A DNA stretch of 57,210 nucleotides, counting the filler, from Trypethelium eluteriae (taxonomy: Eukaryota): the NCBI GenBank assembly GCA_051942245.1. It is 2 parts of 2 records of this genome, joined end to end, with 100 filler letters (N's around TTAATTAATTAA, not from the genome) between each part and the next. Parts side by side here need not be neighbours in the genome. Positions count along the whole stretch, not along the records: positions 1 to 28,594 come from JAVECL010000308.1; 1 more part is not named here. One strand, 5' to 3'. The notes under the pieces are model-generated. The model made no database searches and was not told the origin of the DNA. It saw nothing but the letters and a program-made list of their open reading frames with translations. The stretch's first letter is position 1; every line of letters starts with the position of its first letter. Below, piece after piece: positions 1 through 13,900 of the stretch. The position numbers and the translations under genes are program-made.

Positions 1-729
1 CTCGTCCGCCTCCCCGGCCCCTCCCTCAACCAGCCCAACGTCTACCACTTCAACACCACCTCCTACCACGCCATGCACTCGGAGCTCCAAGCTAAGGACC
101 CGCGCCTCTACCGCGCCAACGGCATCCTACAGATGCTCGAACGCAACCGCAGCGTCAAGTGGGGCCCCGAGCGGTGGCAGGACTGGGTGCCGGGTGTGCC
201 GCGGGTGGTGCCGAGAGGAGGCGGCGGCGGAGGAGGAGGAGGAGCCGTGGAGGGTGGCGGAGTGGAAGGAGTAGCAGGAGGAGCAGTGGGAGGGACAGAG
301 GCGCCGAATGGAGTTGGGGAAGCGGCTGCGAACAGTGGCTTACCAGCTGGAGAGATGGATCGTGGGTCTAGGGGAGTAGAGGCTGGATGGGTGGATGTGG
401 TGATTACGTGTGAGGAGCGGTGCTGGGATGCGGTGGTGGATGATCTGTTTCAGAGGCCTGGGGGCGGGAATCGGCCTGTCCATGTCATCAATGTGGATAT
501 TAAGGATAATCATGAGGAGGCGCTGATTGGGGGAAATGCGATATTGGATCTGGCAGAGAGACTGAATCGGGTGGCGAGGGAGGAGAGGGAGAGGAGTGGG
601 ACCATAGGGTGGGAGGGCGGCGGTGGAAGAGCGAGAATGGGATTCGATGAGAGAGTACCAGACGTGGTAGCGGAATGGCAGGAGAAGTGGCCGGGACTAC
701 CAGCGTTGTGGACGTTAGCATGGTTTTAG
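1..729 (+). CDS. SSU72: RNA polymerase II CTD phosphatase Ssu72, 5'-truncated by the window edge
   Basis: Frame 1 is open from base 1: [22 protein letters not shown]...[27 protein letters not shown]...[18 protein letters not shown]...[20 protein letters not shown]...[13 protein letters not shown]. These are Ssu72 motifs, with a Gly-rich insertion in the middle. Confidence 0.95.
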   Translation, partial: LVRLPGPSLNQPNVYHFNTTSYHAMHSELQAKDPRLYRANGILQMLERNRSVKWGPERWQDWVPGVPRVVPRGGGGGGGGGAVEGGGVEGVAGGAVGGTEAPNGVGEAAANSGLPAGEMDRGSRGVEAGWVDVVITCEERCWDAVVDDLFQRPGGGNRPVHVINVDIKDNHEEALIGGNAILDLAERLNRVAREERERSGTIGWEGGGGRARMGFDERVPDVVAEWQEKWPGLPALWTLAWF

Positions 730-1709
730 CAACAGTCAGGAGCGTGCGATTTACGTCTCGAATTCTAGCGATGGAGTCTTGTGAAATGGAGAAGGATATG
801 CTTGCTCTGTATTTCGAGGACGATAGAAGGTCAACACAATGTGGCTTCCAAATTGTCACGTAAGTGGTCAGCGTCAGTAGACTCCTAGTTGTTATTAAAG
901 GTATAGCAGCAGGAGAATGCCATCTCGCTGGCTCACTTTTGACGAGATGATTTCTAAATAATTGCAGGATGTACTATCGAGGTGAATATGACACAGTCGA
1001 CACCGATAATTCGTGAATGCAAATATGTATGAGCTGGTTGGTGAAGGGGAACTCGGTAGACGGAACGATTTCATACAAGAACATGGCTTGGTGATCTGGA
1101 GACGACAGGTGCTAAGGTCCAACAAATCAGATTTTCTAAGAGACTTATCGGGCCGTGCAGAGTATGGAAGCGTACGAGAGGACGCGAAGAGTATTCTGGT
1201 CAATGGAAATAGTCAGTTAAATGCCTCTTGCCTGTTCACCTTCCGAGGGCTGAGATCAAGCTTCTGGGTATATCCTGAGCATTTCATATGTTTGCTATGC
1301 AGCAGATTCTGGGATGATCTTAAAAAAGCGAAGGTCTGGGTCGTGAAGAGTTGGTTCACGCGAGCGGCAGTTGCTGCCAGATTCTCACTTCTACGCCACA
1401 GAATAAAGTCTGTCGGCGGAACTTGGACTATGTGGCCAGAAAAGTAACATTGACAGGTAAAGTTAGATTTTTAATGAAATGAGTTTGGTGACAGTGGTAG
1501 CCACAGACGGACCAGAGATTTCATGGGGTCTACGGTAAGATGGACGCTGATAGGAGCCTTCTGCACAAACCACATAACGTTGGCGTTTTATTATGGGCGT
1601 TGTGAGCATCAAGAACGTTCGAATGTTGGTACACGAAATCTTTAGAAAGAGACAAACACAGGATCGATTATTTCAGGGGGTATACAAGGAATCAAAGCTA
1701 CGAAAGGAA

Positions 1710-3204
1710 CTATGTGGTGAGACACATCACTATTACTAGCAGAGCCCATGCACCCAATCCTAGATTGACTGCGCCTTTAGCAGCGGGACCGCTTGAAGTC
1801 GGCTTGCCTGTCCCAACGCCTGAAGGCGATGGTACGAAAGTCGAGCCTGGAGTTCCTAGTGCAGTAAAGGTTGGCTTCGACATGGTGGCATTCCTCGAAT
1901 TGGGGATCCCATCCGGGCCCGACATAATCTCCAGTATCCGAGTTGGAGAGGTGGAGTTCAGCGCTGACTGAGCGAGGGAGATCTCATAGTTGGAAAAATC
2001 GTACACGACGTAAGCGTTTTGCAGGAAAGGATCGCCAAGAAGGTAGCTCTCATCGCTTTCCGAATCGATGTTGGCGAATTTTGGGGTCCAGATGTTGAAA
2101 GAGCATGCATTTGGATCGAAGCTATCCCCTAGGCCCACGATGCTCCGCATGGGTACAAATATAGTCGTATCGCCAAAGGCAAAGCCGACTGATGCGGGAG
2201 AGGTACTCAGAGAACACGCACAAGTCGCTTGGCCTGAGAGATCATCGTAAGTGACATTGAATAAATCGTAGATCTTTCCAACGGCTCGGAGAGGGAGAAA
2301 AATCTGACTGGTGCCGCTGTCCAGAGTCACGTTGACGGGGAACGATTCTATTGTTGCATTTGTTGCATTGACGATAGTACCATTTTCATCGTTGGCATAT
2401 AGACCACTAAGTGGCACCATGCTTGAGTAGTATGTACCATTGGGTCCGTCTGGAATCATGGGGAGTGATGAGAGGATACCTGTGTATTTGTTCACGTCTA
2501 CACCTCCAAAGAGGAGCGAGCCGCTTGGTGCGTCAATATCATTGAGCCAAAGGCTATAGCTAGGACTTGAAATTAGGCCAAGCTGAGCCATATAATACGG
2601 TGTCAATCGATTCCCGGCTTGCAAAACATCCAAAGTGGTGTCAGTGCCGATACCCCAGGTACTGCAGTCTGGAGTTCCTTGCGGTTGTTGATAGGCCACT
2701 CCGAAGGTCATGTTAGGAAGAGTCGCGTTGCCAATCGTGACGATGTCGGTAGCGTAGTCCCCTGTGACAATAGTATTCGCATATGAAGTGTTCATGTCGC
2801 TGCTGCTGTACTGATAGGAAGAAGACTCGTTCGCGTTGTACATTCCGATAGGTTGTCCCGATATCTTTTCTGAGTACAGAATGAGTTCAGAGCTGCCGGT
2901 ATCGACCTGTACAGTGAGAGGTTGAGGTGGTGTCCCAACGGTGATATTAGCGTAGTAGATAGTCCCAGCGTTCTGTATCAAGAGTGAGCACTATTTTGTC
3001 AACTTTGCAGGCTTCGTGAAATACCGATCCATTGACCGTCACACTATTCGTAACCCGCTTGTCTAATCCTGAATGAATTATGTTACGTTCGCCAACAATG
3101 TCATAGCCAACGACTCGAGCTTTGCTTGCAGCAGGGGCCCTCAGATGTATCGCTTGTGAAAGAGAGAATAGTAGCTGACACAAAGACAATATCACGAGGG
3201 TCAT
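1710..3204 (-). CDS. Secreted, probably GPI-anchored pepsin-family (A1) aspartic protease, yapsin-like; 2 exons (3204-3025, 2972-1710)
   Basis: Signal peptide MTLVILSLCQLLFSLSQA and a Kex2-type LDKR site. The GTATTT..TGCTCAC..CAG intron splices in frame. Motifs YYANITVGTPPQ, catalytic DTGS and DSGT, and LLGDPFLQNAYVVYD. Ser/Thr-rich tail followed by a hydrophobic C-terminus. Confidence 0.92.
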
Positions 3205-5214
3205 TTTGTTCAGCGTTGATTCAGAAAACAAGGAGAAGCGAGCCGAGGGTCAAGTCTGCAAAATAAGCGATGGGAAGGGATGAAGAAACAACGATAAACT
3301 TGAAACTGCTGAGGGAGCTTCTAGTTGCACATCGAAAGAATCGAGGTGCGACGCCCGATTTATAGCTCCTTTCCTGGCCGGAAATAGAAATCACATTTGG
3401 ACATATTAGAGTAATGGTTGAACGATGTAGTGAGGAAGGCCCCTCAAGCCGAGACATCGACTCATCTTAACAACCGCGTGATTTCCCAGCGTTACAGCTG
3501 ATAAGAGCGTATTGAGAGGGGGCCGAATGGGCAGAATCGGCAGGCAGGATGGATTGACCGGTTGTGGTGTATTCTGGGCACAGCACATCTCCACGCCTAC
3601 TTATGTAGAATTCAGTCTCCATGTGATGACGTTTGGAGAGATCTGCGGCATTAGATGTCACTGTACAGATTGACTGATCCCATTCGGTGTGATTTGACGC
3701 GAGAATATCATGGAGTATAGGGATACAAGCGGAGCGGAATGGAGTTTATGTACAGAGTACAGAGGAATGGTTTTCAAGAGAGCCACCTCGAGGTTCTTGC
3801 TGTGGCTGTGACTGTGGCTGCGCGGTGGCTGCGGCTGACGTCAACTCCTGGCTCTCCAAGCACAGGCCCATCCTGCACTAGATTTGCCATATATCTGCTT
3901 AAGTAGCGTCGTTCGATAGCCTAGAACAACAAGGAATCTGCCAACGTTCGCCCGCTGCTATACCAACCAGCTCCCTGGACGTGGATAGCCTGCACGCTCT
4001 AGTCCTGTATCCTGCTGTAAGGTTCGCTCCTTCTTTACTGGTTTCGTTCAGAACTCAAAGGTCTTGCTAACCCCAGCTGAAAAATACTCTCGACTTGCTC
4101 GATAAATCTTGCTAAATTAAAGCAACAAGCTCCTGTCGGGTAGCCAGCGCCTGGATGTGTTGAAAGATGCATTATTATCATCTCCTCCTATCCCTGGTCG
4201 TGGTGTTTCTAGCCCCTCTCTCGCTATCTCTTGTATCTCGCACCAAAAAAACGCCAGGCTTCCGACATGCGTACTCCTCTCAGTCCCACCTAATACCGGA
4301 AGAGCAGCGACTTTCTCAATGTGCCAAATCTACAGTGAATACCGCGCTCGTTCTTGTCCTCTTCACGCGTCGCTGAGGTTCCCACCACTCCTAGAGCTCC
4401 CCCAGCGGTCAGTCCTTTGCAATGACGGCAGGTCTTGCGGCATCCGCTCATACCCTTCATCCTTCACACCATACCCTGATCAAAGAGGAGGAATTTATTT
4501 TCGTTGCAGCCTACCACCAGGCAAGCCTCTGAGAACGAGTGGTCACCCGAAACTTCCTGGTCCAAAGTGAAAGTTTGTCTAAGGAAGGGTATCATATCAT
4601 GAATTATTTGTCATTCTTCCAAGTATGCCGCCCTTGTACAACAAATTCTTTTGACGTCGCACCACCGAAGATCCATCGACTCTAGCTTCTGCTAGCATTG
4701 TAGAAGATGTGCGACCTTTCTCGATCATCTGATGTAGATGATACGCGATTCCCATAACCACCATATACGCCAACATGGTTGCAAATCAGTGATTTGATCT
4801 GTGGACAACAACGTCATCTCAGTAGAACCCTTTGTTTTTATGGCGCAGACTAAGAAGTGAGATGAGCGACATTGATACTTGACTAGCTGTGAATTCTCCG
4901 CAAATGGTAGACGAGCATCCACGAGGCTGTGACAGTACAGTAGTGGAACTGCTACTCGAAGCTAGATAACCAATCAGAACTTAGCATACCTCTAGTTGCT
5001 CCACGCCACCCGAAATAGGAATGTTCTGCAGCCTCCTACGCCTTCAGCCTGAGGCGCCTAGCGCTTTGACAGATCGGGAGGCTGAATTGACCGTCCATAC
5101 CAGTTCTCAGTCAACACCAGCAATGAGGCTGTGGCTTAGACATCTCCAGATTTTTCTTACTCTTCAACAGGGAGCGTCTGTAGACGATCCTGAGTTCAAG
5201 TTTCTCATTCTGTC

Positions 5215-6356
5215 ATGGAACAAATGGAAAAACTTGATGCAATGGAGAAAGGCACGTTGTATGAAGGACGTTGGCCAAACTGGCGGTCTTTAAGAGAACA
5301 CATCTTCTCCCTACTAAGGGGTGGGCCTCGCCTTCCAGAGACTGCTTTACCATGGGGTCATCGTGAAAGTAGGCATTCTTCTCATCGCCATATACTACTT
5401 CTAATGGCGACCGCAACGCTAATATCTGCGACGCAGTCGAGAGATACAGACCTGGATACCCTCTGTACGCATCGCTCTTAGGGCGCCAGCCAGAGTTCCA
5501 GATGTTTCGCAAATTTCGCAGGGTTCGGATGCGACTGATTCTCTTGAAACAGGACCGAATTGTCCAGCTTGAGGGAAAACTAGATGAGCTAGACGCGTTA
5601 GAAGAGACAATCCCATCTCTTGAGAGTAGTCGACTTGACTGCAATCTTGAAAGGAAAGATGTTCTGGAGCAGCTAGACCGTGCTGTCTCAGACTATGGTA
5701 ACTGATGCCGGGATCGTACTTGACAATTGTGAAATAATATTGATCATTACGGCAGATAACTTCCTGTGTCGGAGTCAATTTTCGCTCCATCAAGCCCAAC
5801 CTTCAGCTCGCCACCGCGAGAGGCTACAAGGTTGGGTCGAAAAAAACGCAGCTATTGCCTGTACGGAGACTGGGTATCTATCACCGGATGACTATTGCGA
5901 CCTGATGGGCCTCGGTCCTCTCGCAGAGCGAGATATGCCAAGCTTCTATCCCGCTGTAGAGAAGCTGCTGTATTTGCTCAGGATAGCATCAGCCAAGGTG
6001 AGGCTCCTTAGTCGCATCACAAAGGCCCCAGAGTGTGACTGTTACTGTAGATGTCTCGCAGAAATCACAACGAAACCATCGAAGCTAGTAGTCTACCAAA
6101 AGCCAATATTCGCGCAGTCACCCGAGCTTTGACTGCGTCATTCGCCATCGTCCTCCTTCTCGTGCCAGTCATCGTCTTGAATGCAGTTTCAACTACTGTT
6201 CATCGCTTCGTCATCATTTTTGTCTCAGCGACGTTATTCGTCTCGCTCCTCACACTTGCGAGTAAAGCGAGGATAACAGAAGTATTTGCTGCAGGAGCGA
6301 CCTACGCTGCTGTACTCGTGGTCTTTGTCTCGGGCAATGGCGTGGCTAAGCAGTGA
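5215..6356 (+). CDS. DUF6594-family fungal membrane protein; 4 exons (5215-5368, 5437-5697, 5756-5997, 6051-6356)
   Basis: Spliced product contains ERYRPGYPLYASLL..FQMFRKFRRVRMRLILLKQDRIVQLEGKLDELD and C-terminal TM helices ending EVFAAGATYAAVLVVFVS, which is typical of DUF6594. Introns are canonical GT..AG. Confidence 0.85.
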
Positions 6357-9300
6357 GGAGATCGAAATGCGTCTGACGAATATGCGAAACCTCACCGCAA
6401 TCGATAGAACGAAGTAAATACATCGCGGCGACTAGGTGCACCGGCGTATACAGACCGAGGACTTCTCTAGCAAAGCGGAAAGTGATCATTACGGAGCATA
6501 ACCAATAGTAGCATAGGTAGTAGTTTAAAACTGATTTACATTTTCGGCACCAAGTGCTTCCTGGATACATCTGCATCTCGACGCAATGTCGTAGATGCTC
6601 TCCTAACATGAGATAACAGTCAGTAAGCTGAAGATCCTTTCCTTTGCCGCCCGGAGCCACGTCACTTCCTTGAGCCACCATTGTCCCGGGGTAATGATTA
6701 CGCCAGTCACTATCCCTCCCTTCCTATAGCTTGCAACAAAAGGTTCCATGATTGGTAGCGCATCACAGCAGGCGTAGATGGCCGATCTCGTGAGTTCGGC
6801 TGCCTCGAATCTATTGACTATTGAGCCAAGTGGGTCAGACGAGACCACTGCCACGTAACGTAGCCAATCTATGGCTCCTCCTCTCTTGGCGACCGTCTCC
6901 ATCTATCGAAAAAATGACCGCAAGCTAGGGCGAAGTAAAGGTGGTAATGGGAAGAGACGCAAACGACGAGCGACAAGCACAACCGCACCGATACCAACGA
7001 TGGCGGAGGTGAAGACGTAGTAGCTTCGCTCGCTTTCGCTGAAGTTAAAGTTTCTACCATCACATTAGTAAACTTCATCACCTCCGTCATCGTTGACGTC
7101 GCTGTGGTTGGGCTCGGCGATCGCCCGCTTGCCTCCCATTTGAGTCCCTGTTCATTTATACACAGTTGGCCGGTCCTTCCATGTGGAGTGTCTGAATAGT
7201 CTCATCGGTCCCGTTACTTTCGTAAGCGTCCGATGAACGGCAGTCAGCTGGGTTCGATTGATGTGCTCCACCGGTAAGACAATGCATGATGAAACCATTT
7301 CCCAAGTAGCAGCACGGTTACATCGACTGTACTCTACCTTCCGCAACGGCCTCACATCGACTGGATCGTCGGATTCGGAAGGTGACGCAGAACACCACCC
7401 GGATCCGACGAAGCCGTGGATATGAGGCTGTTGCGGAGGGGTGAGAACAGACGATGATACCTTTCTGCGTGGCTTGAGAGATACATCTGACCACTGGTAC
7501 GCAGCGCGGTCAACCCATTGTTGCTGGTCTCGACATAATTCTCACTACGCTGACATGATGACCACGACATGAGAGGCGGAGGAGACGGTCTTGCGATCGA
7601 ACTAAATGCGCTGAGGGCTTGCTTAGCGGAGCCGGATTTTGTCAACACTCAGCTAGCAGAAACCACGTGAATGAGGTCGAAAGGATGCTGCGTCCGAATC
7701 GGTACCGGGTTCGTCGGACATGTGAGGTGCAAGTCGGAGAAAGACAACTGAGAAAGGCTGCTTGGCGCTTTATTGAAGTTGTGGCGTATGCTCGAAGTCG
7801 TCGTCAATACTCGGCTCTCTTAACATTGTGACATTGATGTTCTGACTTTCAGGCATTGAGTCCTTGCTTTGTGTCTGTCAAGTTGCTGTGAAGTGTGCGG
7901 CGGCGTCAGTTGGGCTATCTGGTAGTCGGAATGCGATAGGCTTGGTAGGCCCTGGGCCAAACGCAGCTGGACAGTGATGCTAGTTACTCCGATCGACGTC
8001 TGTCCGGGACTAGGTGCATGCTGCGTTCTTTGACCTAGTAGAATTTGCTCTGGACTATCTACTGGAAAGTTGTCAGCAAATGCAAAGCAGGCTCCACTAG
8101 AGTGAAGGTTAATATCGTACTCATGGCGAATCTTAGTGGTCTAGAGGATGACTCCGTGGCTCGACAAATTTGGTGGCATGATGAGTTTGCAGGCTTGTAC
8201 GCGTTGATGTCGCCAAGCAAGAATTTGATAGGAAGTGGAAGGATATCTAAGATATGACCACGGTGCGGCGGCAATAAAGATGCTGCTTGCTCGCGACTAC
8301 TAATTTAGAATGTCAGCGGACTGATAAGAAGCACTAATTACGCAGCAACATACTTTGACTCGGTCTTGTAAGGGCTGCTTCTCGATGCCAAGTTGGATAT
8401 CATGGCATTTCAGAATCCAAAGAGGGCGTTGATACTGCATCAACTCGTGAAGGCGCATGAGTCAGCGACACGAGAACGATCCTTGTTGTTGTGCTTGGTC
8501 TGAACTAGATCGCTCTACGATGAAGAATAAGGAATGGGCTGTATTTGAGTGAAGTTTGGCTCGATCAAGACTGGGTGCAGTCAGGTTCGGAAGCCATGGC
8601 AGACTGGGAAGATAATGGCGAGTGAAGCACGGGGATTGCGGAGAAGGGAGAAAGGGGCCGAAGGGGTAGTTTATATTTGACGGGTTGTCAGCCAGTCTGA
8701 TCGATGATGCCCGTTCCCGATCACAAGTTACATGCTCAAGTTGCACTAGACCGCGGGAAGTGAGTCAAGTTTGTAGGGCGTAGTTTGGAAAGTTGCATCA
8801 GCAATCAAAGAAATTGCGGAACCGCAACACCAAGTCCAGGGATCCGACTAGGATCGGTCGAGGAGAGAAGGCCTCTGTGTGATCATGCGTACCAGAAACC
8901 GCTTTTTCGCAATAACATGCAAAAGCCATGTGCGGCAGGTCTTGGCTGCTATTGCTTCTGCATCTCCCGTCAGGCCCACCAGAGGCTAGGCAACGCGAGC
9001 CTAATTCTCACATCGTCATCTTCGCCCACATGCAAGTGATACGGCTCCCAAGATTATCCATTGGCCAAGATCACACGCCAATATGTTAAGGAAAGTACAC
9101 AAGACGACGCCATTCTTGGACAACGTGATGCAATTTATGCACAACTTAGGAAAAGAGCAAGAAGCCATAGTGTCAGTGAACGAGGACTACACAAGCATGA
9201 CCATGAGGCATGAAATGTTTGATGTCTGCAGTGACGCTGTATATGCTATGATGGTTGATGAAGACTTGATCGTTCGAGCATGAGAACTTTGAAAAGAATG

Positions 9301-10989
9301 GTGTAGAGTCTGTCACGTGACTAACCCCCGAATGTCTTGGTGAGTTTGGAACTCATATTTTCGGCTGTATCTAGTGGACTCTGGACTCCAACCAAGGCAC
9401 CGCATCTTGACATATATGTCATTACGACTGTGTGAATGAATATTCTTTCTTCAATTGAAGAGATAAACCTAAGAGATTTGGAGAAAGGAGAAGAATCGGA
9501 TATGAACCCGTACAATCTTGCTTAAGGTCCCTATCAATCGCGCGGTCCAGGGGTGCACGGGACGAAAACTGCAGGTAGCTTACCTCCTTAAGTTAGTTAC
9601 CTTAGGTACCTACCTGGTATGTACCCGCATCCACTCACCATACACTTCGACTACTACCTATCGAACGAAGACCAAGCACCCAGCTTCATTACAACACGCC
9701 GCCTTCCTGTGTTTCTTCCTTTGGCTGGAATGCATAAGGCTGACCATACCCCTTCGTACCCTCGCGCCCTTGAGGAGATGCTGGATACCCTGCACAGTCC
9801 CTTACTCCGAAGCCAATGACGGCGGCAGGTCTAGGACGCGTCAACTAGGATATCTAGCACCAAATTTCGAAACATGAATAGCGCATATGGTTCCCGTCAA
9901 TCGCAGAGATGGAAGTGATGGCCTTGGCGTTGGAGCACTCAATCTACACCGTCAAGATGCCATCAAGTCTACACATGAACAACGAAGACCTCTTAGTGAG
10001 CCGTGGTCACTTGGGAACTGGAGCGGGATCATGTTCAGTCCACTCTTCTCTGGCCTCGAAGACTGCTTGGTGAATCACGAGCAACCATAGATGTGGGCTA
10101 GAGCGGCTTCTTGAATTTGTAAACATGACGGAAGTTACACCCTACTACCGAAGAACGCGACTTCTCTGGATTCTCTCATCTTGGCCTCCCTTTCATCGGA
10201 AGGATCAATGTCTAGACAGCATGGAGCAACTATGGGAATGCCTCACCTGCAGTCATAGTTGAAATTTATACGAGCTCTGGGCGGCGGCTGTCATGGGCGT
10301 TGCCGCCTACTGAAATCGCCGCACCTGTCGTGCAGGAGGAAAGAGTGTCACACAAGGCCAGTCTGCGGTTTCGATATGAGGACTGCATACCTATAAACAA
10401 TATTTCCTCTCATGCATGATTCATTTCGAGAATCGAGCCTTGACAACGAGGCGCAGACAACTATACGCAGGCAGTTCCAGAAATATGAACCCTCGAGACT
10501 GAATCCGGTCCGTACACAGGCCCGTAAGTACTCCCCCTTTGAAGTCTTGTGAAGATTAGATCCTGACTCGTCTCATCAGAGCAATGATATGTTCGACAAA
10601 GACCCGGTGATACGAGATAGACTGCAATCTCCTAACTGAAATGACGCTGAAGGTAGATGGCTTGGCCTGGAAGGAAGGTACCATTCCGTAGCTGGATGCA
10701 TTCGCAAAAGACCAGCAGCTCTCGATGTCTGTCTTGCAACAGCGATAAAATAGGCAACATGCGGCAGGGGCTTTCCCTGGTGAAGCGACAAGGCCGCTCT
10801 CCTCCTAGCCGCGTCAGTTCGTCTTCGATCAGATCTGACCCTTCGGACCTGTTCGTTCTATGCGACTCCCAAGTCTTCGCGCAATGGATCAGTGAGGATC
10901 GTCCTGGAAAGCCGTCGAGGTTGGGACACTAGTCTTGTCAGATATTTGAGAATCATGGAGCAATGTTCTTTAGTCGCCCTTTTTCGTCC

Positions 10990-13900
10990 ATTCCCAGTAT
11001 CATCAATTTTGGCAGCCGATCTGTATGGAGTCTTCCAATTCTTTCCTACTTTCTTTCGTTGATTCTTCTACTCTCTTCTTTATCCTTCCTATCCCTTTCT
11101 CCGCTTGGTCTGCATTGGATCTAACCCAAACCGAACGTGCATTGTGTCGCCCCAGGACTTTGGCTCTCCCTCGATCTAAAGACTGCCCGACAGGAACGAC
11201 CGACCCTCAAAATTCAATTGCTAACGTTACGATCTCATTGCAATTAGATGTCATTGGAACTACAATGATGCTAGCGGTCCAGCCATTGTGGATTCGGACC
11301 GTCATGAAGTCTCCAATTGCGTCTTCCTGAACGTCTGGCATCACTTCAACAAATCAGACGGATGACACTCCTTGTGGAAAACCACTCCGCTGATCAGGTT
11401 ATTCATAATTCGGGAGAACATTTTTTCCTGAAAAAGCTTTGCGTTGGAGGGGCCATTTTCACCTTGTGCTCTCCACTCGCTCCAATAATGAGTTTTTGCA
11501 AGATCAACGCGATGTAGCAGTGCGAATGGAACCAACGGCATGTATCTTCATTCAGTGTTAGCGCTCGGCATTCTGAATTAGATCTGTTATTAAGCGAATG
11601 AAGAAGGTGCTGCAGTCAGATGAGAACTCCCGCTCCCAAGACAGCTCATCCGTGGTCAATGGGAGTTGGTCTTCAGCGACTATCAGCAGTCGCTTTCGGG
11701 GGCAGACACCCGCCGGGAAAAGCTCGCCAAAAGTCAAGTCCACAGTATCTCGACCACGGATGTCTGGACCGCTTCTCCAAAGAGCGCAGTCCCTGAGTCC
11801 CAAAATTAGCCTCCTGCGACCCGCCCCCGATATGAAACCTCCCAGAGCTTCGGCACCAAAATCGTTCGTTATCGTAATCCTTGATCTACTGGCCGCCCCT
11901 TCACACGGTGCCTTTAAGGATTTACGGGTGCGCTGTCGAGACTGTGCGAGTTGCGGCTGGCAACTTCATCATGCAACAAAGGTGATAATACATATGGAGA
12001 AAGCTTCTACTTACGCGGGTGGACTTTTTGACCTCTCATATTGAAGATCTCAGAGAATTTCGGCCGTTCATGTATAGCTCTGAGTCGGAACTGCCTGGTT
12101 AAGCCGTCGATTTCGACAATACGTCTCAGCAAATTCGGACAAGTCAATCTGCGTAGCCAATGAGGCTTTTTGAAGTCGTCGTCCTCCAATGTCTAGTGGC
12201 TGCGGACTAAAAGGCCGAACGACCGATACACCTTTATCGCCGGAGGCGTGCTATTCTAAAGAGCCAACCCAAATTAGCGATGATATCAGCGTCGAGCCAG
12301 CAGCAAAGAAATCGAGATCGAGTCACATCTCAGATTTATATTGAAGAGCGAAACATCAGCTACCAGTTTCGAACTGGCTTGACTTCAGGAATGAAAGATC
12401 CAACAGTGTTACTTCTCTCGGGTTTATTAACCTCCGTATCCCAGAGGCCAACCGCGGGGCCATGCTATACTTCTCAACCATTGCTCATTCCACAACATTT
12501 GTTGTAATCATCACTGTAGCATCCAAACGAGCTAATGAAATGGATAACTTACCGGCTATTTGAAAGCCCATCATTCCCATTCGTATCTGCATGAAGAATT
12601 TGATCAGATGAAAGTCTGCGGGACGTTTCCAATGGGTTAGCAAGGATGCACACATGGATGTATCAATGTTGCTCGCGATGAGTCGAAAGCGCTCACATCT
12701 CAGCCCTGGCAAAGCCCATCACTTTCACTATCCACAATCGCTGTCAGGACACGCATCAGCCATCTCCGAATTGATGAGATTCCGGTCGTATTGGAGATTA
12801 TCGCTCAGGCCACAGTGACCACCTCATGCGTTTTCAACCCACGCGCCTTACACATGCCTCCGAGTATGGGGGTTTCGGCTAATCCTGCCCAACCGTTGCC
12901 ATTTGCCCTCATCGTCGGGCAAAAAAGGAAATAAGGGGAAATGAAAGGAGTTGTAGAAGCCTGAGAAAGCTGGCCACCGGAAGACTTTTGGTCAAATCTT
13001 CTGAATATCAGACACTTCTGAAGTGTCCCCTCTAAGCTTTCACAGCAGAGACGTGCCATCTTTGAGGCTTCTTCATCGTTGATTGTTTCAGCCTCATTGC
13101 CGAACAGAGTCGTAATTGAACTTAGGCCCGCTCTATCTGTGGGATAAGCGATCAGGTTGGCTAGGGTGCTGTATCTAATCACATCAGTTACTAGCATCAT
13201 GTCGAGACATCTATTCTCTGTGGCTCGTGTACGTTCATGCCCTGCTGAGACTATTACCTCATCGATCGCTTGGATAAGCTTCAGCGCCTGGTGATCCAAC
13301 GGGTCCATTCGTCCAACTCGCATGCCAATTACGTTTGATCTCAGCTGCCTTGTTCTGTTGGAATCTTTCCCCTCCTCTTTCCGGGGCTGCCAATACAGCT
13401 CGACATATCGCTTCCTATTCTCAAAGGATCTGATCAATTTTCTCCAACGATTATACGGGGCTGATGAGGAGAGAGCGAATCGAGATGCATGCCGTGGAAG
13501 ACGTCCAGATTTGAGTCTATTATATGTCGTTCTCTCGTTAGCGTGCAACTCAAAACACGATCTGCGAATCAGTTTCATAGGATCAATTTGTGTAGCATTT
13601 CAGAGATCGAAAGACTTGTGTATCTTCAAGAACATTGCAGTCCAATCAACGCAAATAAGTCAGTATCATCAAATGACGGAGAAAACGATAGTAAAACTGA
13701 GACTTCTGCGTACTAACCTTCATTCGTGGAGAACTTGGACAAGTGCGGATGGACCGCGGCCCGGAGCCTACTTTCAAGAGAATATTGCACAATCCTACTT
13801 CGCACCAAAATACTGATCTGCGGTCTGCGAGGTCATATTGAGTTCCTTAGACGGTCGGAATCTGTCATGTGGTCTCATCAGTCGAGCCTCTCATCCCCAC

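Noticed and set aside
3799..3838. Imperfect GTGGCT repeat
   Set aside because: Short degenerate microsatellite with no sign of function.
6346..7650. Cluster of short minus-strand ORFs
   Set aside because: No coherent spliced model or recognisable domain could be built.
9083..9283. 66-aa ORF faintly resembling fungal CorA-like proteins (PFLDNVMQFMHNLG)
   Set aside because: Too short and weak to assign without a search.
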